This document shows, in pieces, positions 44,201 through 54,658 of a stretch of DNA of 64,000 bases. Origin of the DNA: Ascoidea asiatica JCM 7603 (lineage: Eukaryota > Fungi > Ascomycota); contig BCKQ01000017.1 of assembly GCA_001600695.1 (NCBI GenBank), positions 62,001 through 126,000 on the forward strand, in the 5' to 3' direction. Numbering within the stretch: position 1 is the stretch's first letter; each line of letters opens with the position of its first letter. A program made the translations under genes and the position numbers. The notes below the pieces were generated by a model that saw only the letters and a program-made list of their open reading frames with translations, had not been told where the DNA came from and did no database searches.

Positions 44201-45345
44201 TCAGTTGCATTAAATATAACAAAACCTAAGAATGGTTGAACATTTTTATCTAAATAATTATAAAATTTTTTTAAATCACCAATTTCTTTTTTTCTATAAA
44301 AATCATGTAAAAAATAAAAAAAATCATGATCTTTACAAAATGGATGAGATGTTTGTCTTGCAGGAATTTTTAATTTATTATCTAAATTAATATAATTATT
44401 TTGAATTATATCAGTTTTTGATAAAGAAGGATAATTATTAAAATGAAAAGATTGAAAAAGATCTGGATTTAAATTTAAATCATTTAAAATTTGATTTAAT
44501 TTTAAATTATCATAATTATCTAAAGTTGATAAATCATTATCTAATAACATAAAACATGAGGAAGTTTTATTAAAAATTTCTATAATTCTTGACATATCTA
44601 AATCATTATTTTCAGAATTTGGATTTTGTAAAAAATTAAATAAATTATATTGTATATAAAAAAAATAATTAATTTGATTATTTAAAATTGATAAATCAAC
44701 AAAATCATACCAATTAAAAGGTAAAAATAATTGATTTGGATTTAAAGCATTATTTGAAATTAAATTTAATTTTATATCATTTAAATATATACCTAAAGTT
44801 AATTTATAATCATAATTTGTTGTTAAAGGTAAAACTCTATTAAGAGAATTATAATTATTTTTTAAATTTAAAAAATTATTAATATAAAATTTATTAATTT
44901 TTGTTAAAGATCTTAAATTTGATTTCATATAATTAAATAAATTATTAATTTTATTAATAATAATTGGATTTGATTTTATTAAGAAATTAATTTTTTTATT
45001 AAAAGTAATTTTTAAATTTTTATTATTAAATAATTTAAAAAATTTAAATTCATTTATTTGATTTTTTTGATCATTATCATTAAAATAATTTAAAATTAAA
45101 TCATTTTTTATTGATTTTTTTTGATTTATTAAATTTTCATTAAATTTATTAATATTATTTAATTTATTATTTACTTTATAATTTAATGGTTTTTTATTAT
45201 TGTTAATATTAATATTAAAATTTGATAAATAATTTAATTTTGAATCAGAAGATAAAGAGAAATTTAAGAAAAGTAAAAAAGCTAGTATTGAAGAATAAGT
45301 TAATATTCTAAATAATTTTTTACTATTACGACGAGATCGAGCCAT
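41293..45345 (-). CDS. MNN4: Mnn4/Mnn14-family mannosylphosphate transferase (LicD domain), paralog A, with acidic E/P/K/Q-rich tail
   Basis: Type II N-terminal anchor; FNWYDFVDLS, KYFHEV, GSHFDWRFF, WLGHGTLLSWYF...FPWEDDIDLQL, NRIDARFIDV.TGFYIDLTGLS, CRNNHF. Confidence 0.85.
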   Translation of the reverse strand: MARSRRNSKKLFRILTYSSILAFLLFLNFSLSSDSKLNYLSNFNININNNKKPLNYKVNNKLNNINKFNENLINQKKSIKNDLILNYFNDNDQKNQINEFKFFKLFNNKNLKITFNKKINFLIKSNPIIINKINNLFNYMKSNLRSLTKINKFYINNFLNLKNNYNSLNRVLPLTTNYDYKLTLGIYLNDIKLNLISNNALNPNQLFLPFNWYDFVDLSILNNQINYFFYIQYNLFNFLQNPNSENNDLDMSRIIEIFNKTSSCFMLLDNDLSTLDNYDNLKLNQILNDLNLNPDLFQSFHFNNYPSLSKTDIIQNNYINLDNKLKIPARQTSHPFCKDHDFFYFLHDFYRKKEIGDLKKFYNYLDKNVQPFLGFVIFNATDQRRLPEKEVMEGKSYLYNYNNVNNYAVRPFKMTLLNDKLLSKRFEINFKIPERLDSEPYDFLNKDEKNNIIKSERLLENGYISKYLSNYYKLHPNFDQNSDVFVDPLKEFEAITDYLIDTKKDLNEDITINTNKPPGYDMNNNKNKLIFNQIEKEFSTDHHNNPYSISIDSFYFNAPKVIKLFEKLVDEEEIKKNLILDKSISSDNLIQRMDNMRLLKLRDLLTPNQLNYYRSLKFSTFNLNPGKYFHEVQLPKPPKKNKDQEKDKKNKKKQLDGSHFDWRFFQGISFNEEQQKIALEKMLKNWFKFTEAISIKSWLGHGTLLSWYFGNANFPWEDDIDLQLSIRDLNRLCLNYNNTIIMEDVTQGFGEYYLDCNTYMSRREKEAGLNRIDARFIDVRTGFYIDLTGLSLSNTRTPTRYRTKLNFETFQFMDQKFEEQFKKVKNDVGYNSAYLELLQNTKEFEQIFLQRNLRLQIFNCRNNHFVSYDEIVPFKKTKLVSGGTALVPNQYKTLLKREYRHESLKIEFKDNFFFKKIGQWLDPSAIQLILKGFFNGNIDRINEANDANMAPLSIELVEYEIAKKLDKLVLLGDKYRKELNDFTKNFQDEKEFIDDEDYLVLFNQNHNVLIEYLKLNGLLEEHYAFISGQEYTYKEDEKDPLNNLIDLSNYGEDFYLYMLDNDLPKPYIPIVENEEGEEQPSQEQRNEEPPKEEPPKEEPKEEPQEEPKEESKEEPKEEPNEENREEPKQEEQEQSREGNENESNQENQNQPKDNVDDGKLLALEEKILQLQELILGQKQEQVSKENSENIQNEKENDIEIEKPLNQEGDVALQGNKDAEIAKEQGEQIPIPDSPVEEKIFGQETEQLFGQDNLNNLVPGEHSNNIEGQIENSNQVFGEDTQLKENQIAEPKPDSNQEILFGQDTQPDVNQLIGQNENKEEPLGQNLKEKLTNAINENQNLGQQNNIQAEV

Positions 45346-46840
45346 ATTAATGAAGTTGTATTATTTAATCTTGAATTATTTTAATCATTCAAATTAAGAA
45401 TATAATTTGATTTGAATTGAATTGAATTGAATTGATTGAGGTTTATTATTATTATTAGATTAAGAATATTGATTAAATCTTTTTAAGCGATTGATTGATT
45501 GATTGACCAGTGATTGATTAGTGATTGATTTGTTTATTATTGATTGATTGAGTGATTGATTTATGAGTGAATGATTTCTATTGAATATTGACTATATATT
45601 ATTTTGAATATTACAATATAACAATATTAGAATATAATAATAATATTATATATATCAGTTGAAATGAATAAAATCAGATTCTAACTTGAATATATTCTTA
45701 ACGCTGACTTTTAAAAAGAAGTAGTGAAAGAAAAGGAGTTAAAAAAGAAAGAGAACTAGAACTAGAAATGGAAATAGAAATAGAAATAGAAATAAAATAG
45801 ACATAAATTTAGAAATAAAGCTTTGAGAAATAGTGAATAATGAATAACGAATAATGAAATAAAGGACTGAAAAGTTTGAAATTGAGTTGTAGCGCTGTTA
45901 GTGCTAACAGTACTATTAATAGTGGTGGGTGGTGGTGCTCCTAGCGCTGAGATGGAGAAGAGCTGAGGACGACGACGACGACGACGACGAAGAAGAAGAA
46001 GAAGAAGAAGCTACGTGAAATGAAACTGCACTCGAGAAGTTGCCAGGAATCGTAAATCAGCACACTGAGATCTAGGACGCAGACGTGGCGGTGCTGCGCC
46101 AAGGGGTGCGCCGCCCGCTGCAGCCCAAGCTGGCCACGCGACCTTTTCCCTGCCGCACAGCACCAAAGCGGAAGAAAAAAAGAAATGCGGAAACAAACAA
46201 CAGAAAAAAACAGAAAGAAACAAAGCAGATCACTTGCCCGATACGGTTTATTTGTGGCAGTGCACACAATTTAAGGTTAAGCTTAGCGCTGCACCCGCGG
46301 GTCCACAAAACCTTAGTTTCCTCCTGAAATTGGCCCTGCTTGTTTGAGTCCCTCTGAATTCTGGGATCTTGGTTGGTTGTCTGCTGCTGGTCTTCCCAAT
46401 CGGGCAACTTCTAACAAGCTCCCTCTGAATGCAAACGTCGATCACACGCGTACTCTCCAAAAGCAAATATTTATTTATTTGTTATCAGATTTCAAACTGT
46501 AAACAAAACAAAACAAACAAACAAGAAAAAAACAACTATTGAAATCCAGTCGCGTGGTTCAAAGTCTAAGTTTTGTCTTTTAGGAGATCCATGAAAATGG
46601 TCTCATTGTCTGCTATATAAAAAAAATATTTAGAGTTAATGTTACAAATAATAAATAAAGAAAGGTTATAAAGAAAAGATATGGATGAATATAAAAATAT
46701 GAAGAGAGAATTATGATTAACAACAACAATGAATATAAGAAAGGATAAAAATATAAAAGCAGATTTAGAAAGAATAAAAAGAATTGAATATAAAAATAAA
46801 AACGGTTAAAGGTTAATGGTTATTATTGACTGGTTTCATA

Positions 46841-49800
46841 TCATATAACATTTTTGATTTCTTCTTCTTCTTCTTCATCTTCATTTAATTCTTGTAAATC
46901 AAATTCATTATTAATTCTATTAAATTCATTTTCTTCATTTTTATCTTCAATTAAATATTCTGCATTCAAATTTTTTCTATAATGTTCATTAATAATTTTA
47001 TGAGTTTTTAAATAATGTAATAATATTTCTTCCTTTTCTTTTAGTAATATTAAAAAATATTCTTCTTTGATATAGCTATCAAAATTTATATATTTATTAC
47101 CTTTATAATCATAATCAAATTCTTTAAATTCTCCATTAATTTCATCATTTTCATTAAATTTTATTTTTCTTGAAATCATTTCAATTTTTTGAAAATTTCT
47201 ATCAATTTCCATTCCAATTTTCTCAATTAAACTCTTTTCCTCATCTTTATTCATAATACTTTCATTTTCATTTTCATTTTCATTTTCATTATTTAATTTT
47301 AAATTTTTTAAATTATTTTTATAAAAATCTTTTAAAATTTCTTTAAATTTATCAATTTCAATCCATTCTCCAATTCTTTTAAAATATATAATTATTCGTA
47401 CTTTTTTGGAAACTTTTGTTGGATCATGAATATTACGAAAAATTATATTCTTATTAAATATTGGTTTTAATGATTTATATCCATATTCATTAATTAAAAT
47501 TCTTTTAAAATCTTTTGGTATATATCCTTCTTCATATCCATATTTATTTTCTAAAAATCTTAATGGTATTAAATCTTCATATTTTATAAAATGATTATTA
47601 CGACAATTAAATATTTTTAATTCTGAATTATCTTTTAATCTTTTAAAAATATTTTCTCCATTTCCTTTATCTTTAAAAATATTTAATAAATTTTTATATT
47701 CTTCATCATTTCCATTTTCATCTTCTTTGTAATTTAATTTTAAATCTAAATTATTATTTCCATTTTTATCTAAAAATCTTCTTGGTTTCTCAGTATTTGA
47801 AAAACTTAATCCAGTTATATCAATATACATACCATTTTTAACATCAATAAATCTTGCATCAATTCTATTTTTACCAGAATCTTTTTCTCTACTAAAAATA
47901 TCAAAATTACAATCTAAATAATATTCTCCAATTCTATCTTTTTCATTTTTATTATCTAATTCTTCAATTATTAAACTATTATTATAATTTAAACATAAAA
48001 AATTTAATTCTCTTATTGACATTTGTAAATCTAAATCTCTATCCCATGGAAATATATTACTATTAAAATACCATGATAATAATGTACCATGACTTAACCA
48101 ACTTTTAACTTTAATAGATTCAGTAAATTTAAAAAAATTTTTTAATAAATTTTTTAAAATAATTTTTTTAAATTTTTCTTCTTTAATACCTTGAAAAAAT
48201 CTCCAATCATAATGTGATCCATCTTTTTTAATTACATTACATTCATAAAAATATTTTTTATTAAATTTATTATCATTTGAATAATTTTTTATCCAATTTT
48301 TTAAACTTTTAAAATAATTAATTTGATTTAAAGTTAATAAATTTAAATCTAAATTATTAAAAATTTTATAAACATTTGTATAATTAAAATAAAAATTATC
48401 AATTGATAAATAATTTTCATTTTTTTTTAAATTTAATTTATCTTTTAATTTATCATCAATTGGATTATTTAATTCATCTCTTAAGAAATATTTATATAAT
48501 TCAAAATTATTTGAATTTATTTCATTTATTATTAAGTTTTTTTCTTTTATTAAATTTATGATCTCTTCTTCTTCTTTATTTAAATCAATTTCAATTTCTT
48601 CAATTTCTTTTTCTTCATTATTTTTGTTATTATTAAATGAAAAAATTTGATTGAAAAATTCAACATTTTCAAATAATCTTTCACTTTTTACAGGAGTATT
48701 GAATACTTTATTCTTAATTTCAATTTGATTTTCATTATCCATTTCATTATCACTATTGATATTTTCAATTTTATTTAAATTAATTTCAAATTTTTTTAAA
48801 ATATTATCATTTGTTAAAAAAACCAATTTAAATGGTTTTGCATTATAACCATTAATATTATTATAATTATAAAGAAAAGATTTTCCATAAAAAATTCTTT
48901 TTTCAATAGATAATTTTTTAATAATTGGATTAATTATATTTAAACTTATAAAAGGTTGTAATTTGAAATCATTATTACTGTTGGATAATGGATTGAATTT
49001 GAATTGATTGAATTCAATACAATTATTATTAGTATTTTCTCTGATTAATTGTATATCATTTGGTGAAAATTCATTATTTATATTTATATCATTACTTATG
49101 AAATTATTGATTTCATTTAATAAATTTTGATCGAAATTAATTAAATTTTCATTATCAATATCAGAACATGAAGAATATGAATTAAATAATTGTAATAATT
49201 TAATTTGATCTCTTTGATTAATTGAATTATTATAAGATTTTATGAAAAAATTGATGAAATTTATATAATTATTTAAAATTGATAAATTTGTAAAATCATA
49301 CCAACTAAAAGGTAAATAAATATTATTTATATTAAAATTTTCAATTTCTTTATTATTGATTAATAAAATTTTTATATAATTTAAATATATTGATAAAGTT
49401 AATTTATAATTAAAATTTGAATTTAAAGAAAAATTTGAATTTTTTTTAAGATAATTTTTTAATAAATTTATTGATAAATTTATTGATAAATTTTTATTTG
49501 AAATTGAATTTTTTTTTATAAATTCAATATTTTTATTAGAATTTATTAAAATATTTAATTTTTCATTCCATGATAATGGACAATCAGGTTTAAAGATTGA
49601 ATAGAAATCTAATTTTTTTAATTTTATTAAATTACTTTCATTATTTTCATCATTATTATCTTTTATTGGATCATTGATGATTTGATTATTGATTATTGGA
49701 TCATCTTTTAAAATCTTATTTATATTATCATTTATATCTATAGCAATTTTAGGAGTTTGAATATTATAAATTAAAAATAATAATAGAATTGAAGCATAAA

Positions 49801-49846
49801 TTGAAAGTTTTATTATTTTATTCTTTCGAAAGAAATGTAAAACCAT
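46841..49846 (-). CDS. MNN4: Mnn4/Mnn14-family mannosylphosphate transferase (LicD domain), paralog B
   Basis: Same motif set: FSWYDF.NLS, GSHYDWRFF, WLSHGTLLSWYFN..IFPWDRDLDLQM, NRIDARFIDV..GMYIDITGLS, CRNNHF; tandem with paralog A. Confidence 0.82.
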   Translation of the reverse strand: MVLHFFRKNKIIKLSIYASILLLFLIYNIQTPKIAIDINDNINKILKDDPIINNQIINDPIKDNNDENNESNLIKLKKLDFYSIFKPDCPLSWNEKLNILINSNKNIEFIKKNSISNKNLSINLSINLLKNYLKKNSNFSLNSNFNYKLTLSIYLNYIKILLINNKEIENFNINNIYLPFSWYDFTNLSILNNYINFINFFIKSYNNSINQRDQIKLLQLFNSYSSCSDIDNENLINFDQNLLNEINNFISNDININNEFSPNDIQLIRENTNNNCIEFNQFKFNPLSNSNNDFKLQPFISLNIINPIIKKLSIEKRIFYGKSFLYNYNNINGYNAKPFKLVFLTNDNILKKFEINLNKIENINSDNEMDNENQIEIKNKVFNTPVKSERLFENVEFFNQIFSFNNNKNNEEKEIEEIEIDLNKEEEEIINLIKEKNLIINEINSNNFELYKYFLRDELNNPIDDKLKDKLNLKKNENYLSIDNFYFNYTNVYKIFNNLDLNLLTLNQINYFKSLKNWIKNYSNDNKFNKKYFYECNVIKKDGSHYDWRFFQGIKEEKFKKIILKNLLKNFFKFTESIKVKSWLSHGTLLSWYFNSNIFPWDRDLDLQMSIRELNFLCLNYNNSLIIEELDNKNEKDRIGEYYLDCNFDIFSREKDSGKNRIDARFIDVKNGMYIDITGLSFSNTEKPRRFLDKNGNNNLDLKLNYKEDENGNDEEYKNLLNIFKDKGNGENIFKRLKDNSELKIFNCRNNHFIKYEDLIPLRFLENKYGYEEGYIPKDFKRILINEYGYKSLKPIFNKNIIFRNIHDPTKVSKKVRIIIYFKRIGEWIEIDKFKEILKDFYKNNLKNLKLNNENENENENESIMNKDEEKSLIEKIGMEIDRNFQKIEMISRKIKFNENDEINGEFKEFDYDYKGNKYINFDSYIKEEYFLILLKEKEEILLHYLKTHKIINEHYRKNLNAEYLIEDKNEENEFNRINNEFDLQELNEDEEEEEEIKNVI

Positions 49847-51180
49847 TTTTGTAGAGATGATTTCTGGAAATATATAGCAAATTCAATAAAACAACATTAA
49901 CTAACATAAGTAACATAAATTAAAAGAATATAAAAGCAAAAAGAGAAAAGATAATATATATGAAAAGCTGTGAAAGTTTTCAATAGTTTTCAATAGTTTT
50001 CAATTAGTTTGAATTGAGTTGAATTAAATAGAGATAAATCCAAAGATATTTTTATAAAAGAATTGAAGAGGTATGTAAAGAAATAGTAGTGAAAATAGTG
50101 AATTGCTACGTATTTTTATATCTCGGTTACTTCTATTTATCACTATTGTTGGTTAAATACTGCCATTGGTAAGTGAGTAGATGGCGCAAGTGAATTGGGG
50201 CTAGCAACCGAGCGTGGAGTCTAGACTCTCTGCAGATCGGTCGGGGTCTGGCTCGAGGGGCGTGAGAGGTCTGGGGTCGGAGGGCAGCTAGCAATAAACC
50301 AGCGCACTTAGCGAAGCCAAAGCCGGTGGGGACACCTCCTCATCGGACCGATGTCCACCGGAAAATAACCATATCGGATAAAAGATATATATACGAACCA
50401 CATACGGGTTTGGTCTGTGCCAAGACAGCAAAAAAACGCAGGAAAGCTTGTCTGCAAAACCCGCAAATGCAAGTTGACTTGCTAACATTTATATTGTACA
50501 TGGTTATGCTGTTAAAGGTATATCACCATACCAGTGGATCTAATGATAAAATATATTCCGATTACTATTTACGAAGTAGGAAACAGCTGGTCGGAATAGA
50601 AAGCTCACCGTTGAATGTTCACAGAGACATCCGGTTATGAAACGCACAACCACTCGCGGTGGCAACTCCAAGATCTGGGTTAGAGCCCTAACATGGTTGA
50701 TTTGTGGCGTAGCTTGTAAAAATGATTTTAGCCTTACGAGATTCGGAGTGAGAATTTCATTCAGAGAAGACAAAAGAGAAAAGAGACGGAGAAAAGAGCG
50801 ATATAATACTAAGAGTACTAATAATACTAAGCACCATTAAAAGCACTAAGCATTAACAGTGTAGATGCTATCAAAACGATCGTTAAAGATTAGACCTATT
50901 TGCCCCAGATTGAGCAGATTAATAATATTAGGTATATCTATTAAGTATTTTTATATACAGCATGCAATTGCAATTTTACAAATAACCTCAAAACTTATCC
51001 TTCACATATTTATTTAATCCTTTAGCCATTCTGATTATATTCTTATTAAACCTGTTAAACCTGATTATATTTTGTTTATATTCTTTTTACTGTTTTTGAA
51101 TTGCAATATTTAATCTTATAAACTTCTCTTTTTACTCTTTAATTTCTCCTAAATTAATAACTTTCAATAATTAATCTTCA

Positions 51181-53004
51181 ATGAATAGTAAATACTCAAG
51201 TATCAGTCAAGAACCTGATGTAAAACAAAATTATTTACCTTATTATAATGAACAAAATAATATCTCAAATTTAAATCATTCAAAAATAATTAAATCTTCT
51301 TCAAAATATACAAGATTTATATTTTATATATTTTATTTTATTATTTGTTTATTTATTTATAGTATATATAATTCAAATCAAATTTTAAAACAAAATAATA
51401 TTCAAATTCAAATTCAAAATCAAAATCAAAATCAAAATCAAAATCAAAACTTATTCTCAATTAATAATTCTACTCCAAAAAGAAATGTTATATTCATGGT
51501 TTCTGATGGTATGGGTCCAGCTTCTTTATCTTTAGCTAGATCTTTTAAACAATTTCGTGATAATTTATCAATTGATGATATTTTATTAATTGAAAGACAT
51601 TTAATTGGTGCTTCAAGAACAAGATCGAATAATTCTTTAGTTACTGATTCTGCTGCAGGTGCTGATGCTTTTTCTTGTGCTTTAAAATCTTATAATGGTG
51701 CAATTGGTGTTGATCCATTTAAAAATCCATGTGGTACTGTATTAGAAGCTGCAAAATTAAAAGGTTATTCAACTGCTTTAGTTGTAAAAACTTTAATTGA
51801 AGATGCAACTCCTGCTGCTTTTGCTTCTCATGTAGATTATCGTTTTCAAGAAGATCAAATTGCTGATCAATTCTTAGGTAATTATCCTCTTGGTAGAACT
51901 GTTGATTTATTAATGGGTGGTGGTAGATCTCATTTTTATAATTCAAATGATAATAAATATGGTAATAATGGTTGTAGACAAGATAATAGAAATTTAATTG
52001 ATGAAGCAATTAATGATGGTTGGTCTTATGTTGGTGATAGATCTTCTTTTGATGATTTAAATTTAGGTAAAAATGTATCTTTTCCATTATTATCTTTATT
52101 AGCTGATTATAATATACCTTATGATATTGATAGAAATTCTACAATTTATCCTTCTTTAGCTGAAGAAGCTTTAACTGCTTTAAATGCTTTATCTGAAAAA
52201 ACTAAAGATTCTGAAAAGGGTTTTTTCATAATGATTGAAGGTTCAAGAATTGATCATGCTGGTCATGATAATGATCCTTCTGCTCAAGTTAGAGAAGTTT
52301 TAGGTTATGATGATACTTTTAAAATTGTTAAAGAATTTGCTGATAATTCTGATGTTGAAACTATTATTATAAGTACTTCGGATCATGAAACTGGTGGTTT
52401 AGTAACTGCAAGACAATTAACTCCTTCATATCCTGATTATTTATGGTATCCTGAAGTTTTATTAAATGCTTCTCATTCTGGTGAATATACTTCAAATCAT
52501 TTAAAAGAAGGTGCAAAATCCCTTGAATCTAAATTTTCTCAAGATTCTCAAGATTCTCAAGATTCTCAAGATTCTCAAGCATCTCAAGATTCGAAAACTG
52601 ATGCTTTAAAAAAATTTGTAATGAGTAAAATTATTGAAGGTGATTTAGGTATTACTGATATTACTTCAAATGAACTTCAACAATTAATTGAAAATAAAGA
52701 TAATTCAAAATATATTTTAAATGATATTGTTTCAAGAAGATCTCAAACTGGTTGGACAACTCATGGTCATTCTGCTGTTGATGTGAATATTTATGGTTAT
52801 TCAAATACTGAAAATGGTATGAATTTAATTCATAAAAATTTAGGTGGTAACCGTGAAAATATAGAAATTGGTAAATTTCTTGCTTCTGTATTAGATGTTG
52901 ATCTTTCTGAAGTTACTAAATTACTCAAAGATACAATTCATGCTCCTAATTCAAAAGCTTTTATTGATAAATCTGATATCCATCAAAATGCAATCTCAAT
53001 TTAA
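51181..53004 (+). CDS. PHO8: Repressible vacuolar alkaline phosphatase (type II membrane)
   Basis: Cytosolic N-tail plus TM; NVIFMVSDGMGP, VTDSAAG (catalytic Ser), EGSRIDHAGH, TSDHETGG, GHSAVDV. Confidence 0.93.
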   Translation: MNSKYSSISQEPDVKQNYLPYYNEQNNISNLNHSKIIKSSSKYTRFIFYIFYFIICLFIYSIYNSNQILKQNNIQIQIQNQNQNQNQNQNLFSINNSTPKRNVIFMVSDGMGPASLSLARSFKQFRDNLSIDDILLIERHLIGASRTRSNNSLVTDSAAGADAFSCALKSYNGAIGVDPFKNPCGTVLEAAKLKGYSTALVVKTLIEDATPAAFASHVDYRFQEDQIADQFLGNYPLGRTVDLLMGGGRSHFYNSNDNKYGNNGCRQDNRNLIDEAINDGWSYVGDRSSFDDLNLGKNVSFPLLSLLADYNIPYDIDRNSTIYPSLAEEALTALNALSEKTKDSEKGFFIMIEGSRIDHAGHDNDPSAQVREVLGYDDTFKIVKEFADNSDVETIIISTSDHETGGLVTARQLTPSYPDYLWYPEVLLNASHSGEYTSNHLKEGAKSLESKFSQDSQDSQDSQDSQASQDSKTDALKKFVMSKIIEGDLGITDITSNELQQLIENKDNSKYILNDIVSRRSQTGWTTHGHSAVDVNIYGYSNTENGMNLIHKNLGGNRENIEIGKFLASVLDVDLSEVTKLLKDTIHAPNSKAFIDKSDIHQNAISI

Positions 53005-53501
53005 TTCTCTCCACTCATCTAAACAAAATTTATTTATTTTGTTTCTTATTTATTTTTTTTTTTCTTTTTTTGGTTAGGTAATTTTTTTTATATGTTCTCT
53101 CAAACTTTTATTCATTTTTCAATTCATCTTTTATTCAAAATCTTTAATTGAATTTATAACTTCATATACATATTGTATCTATTTATTTAATTATTTACTT
53201 ATTAACTATTTAAATATACAAAATATAAAACATTTGGTTAATTATTCTAATACTGTAAAGCTAAATATAAATGCAATAGAAGACCCAAAAAATTGGTTTC
53301 AAAATAAAGTTATATCACGTGCTTATCACCAAAATCTTGAAAAAAAATTGGAAAAAAAAAAAAATATTGAAATTTCATTTGTATGGGAAAGTGAGAAAGT
53401 GAAAGTTTATTGGAAAGAATAAAAAAAAAAAATTTGTAAGTTTGTGAATTGTGTAAATTGTTTAAATCGAAGAAAAAAGAGTTGAATTTAAATGGAACCA
53501 A

Positions 53502-54392
53502 ATGGCTGTGAGAAACCCTATTAGTATTTCCAAAGAACATATATCTGATTCTGATTCTGATTTGGATTCCGAAGAGGAATTTGGAACTTATGTGCCTAAG
53601 GAATATAGTCAAATTAAAAATTTCAAAACAATAGATAGTTCAGATTTAAATAATAAAGAAGTTTGGTTGATAAAAACTCCTAAAAATTTTTCATTCAAAG
53701 GTATTCAAGAATTACCTATTAATTTTAATCATGATCAGTCTTCTTTGACGATAAATGAAAAACCTTATACTATAAAAGAAGATCTTTTACAGGAACATAA
53801 AAAATTAGATGGACCAAATTTAACTTCAAAATATAAATTATTAGCAGCTCCAAAAGATGATGGTATTTTAAGATTACAACCTGATTTGAAAATCAATAGA
53901 TTCTTTACTGTTTCAGAAAAAGTAATAATTCCAAAGATTAATTATAATAAAATAGTGAAACCTAGAAAAGATGTAAGAAAAGTTAAAGATTTAAGATTAA
54001 GAAATTTTCCAACAGGATATGATTTCAAAGATTATTTGGAAAGTACAAAATCAATAAGCATAGATGATTTAGTTCCCAAAAATGCTGATAATCAATCAGA
54101 TATAGATTCTGATTTAGATATGTTGGATGGATTAGATTCTAATGTTTCTAAAGAAAAATCACTTGGAAAAACTAATACATTGATATCATCTATATCGAAT
54201 AGTGAAAATCTTGAAATCAAAGAGAAGAAACATAAAGATAAAAAACATAAAGATAAAAAGCATAAGCATAAAAAAGATAAAACAGATAAAAAGGATAAAA
54301 AAGAAAAGAAGGATAAAAAAGATAAAAAGGACAGAAAAGATAAAAAAGAAAAAGAGAAATTGATTAAAATCAAAAGTGAAGCAAGAAATTAA
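53502..54392 (+). CDS. RPA34: RNA polymerase I subunit A34.5
   Basis: SKEHISDSD, EVWLIKTP, IPKINY.KIV.PR.DV.KV..LRLRNFPTGY, K/D-rich tail. Confidence 0.88.
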   Translation: MAVRNPISISKEHISDSDSDLDSEEEFGTYVPKEYSQIKNFKTIDSSDLNNKEVWLIKTPKNFSFKGIQELPINFNHDQSSLTINEKPYTIKEDLLQEHKKLDGPNLTSKYKLLAAPKDDGILRLQPDLKINRFFTVSEKVIIPKINYNKIVKPRKDVRKVKDLRLRNFPTGYDFKDYLESTKSISIDDLVPKNADNQSDIDSDLDMLDGLDSNVSKEKSLGKTNTLISSISNSENLEIKEKKHKDKKHKDKKHKHKKDKTDKKDKKEKKDKKDKKDRKDKKEKEKLIKIKSEARN

Positions 54393-54658
54393 ATAGATAT
54401 GATAATTTCTGTTATGATTTTTTAGTTTTGTAATAATATATTTTTAAAATTAAGTTAATTCTCAATACAAAAAACGAGCTTGAATTAAACTACAGTTATT
54501 TTAATTTATCAGTGAATTTGAATAAATACAAAGTAATAAGAAATTGTTGACAAAAAAAAATACTTTATTTGAATATATAAAAAACTAAGATAAAAATATA
54601 TAAAAAAATTAAATAGTATGAATTTTTTTTGGAAGAGTTATAAAATTTATCTTAAAAT

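Noticed and set aside
50176-50240. tRNA-like segment (TGGCGCAAGTG ... GGAGTCTAGACTCTC)
   Set aside because: No GTTC T-loop and no cloverleaf pairing
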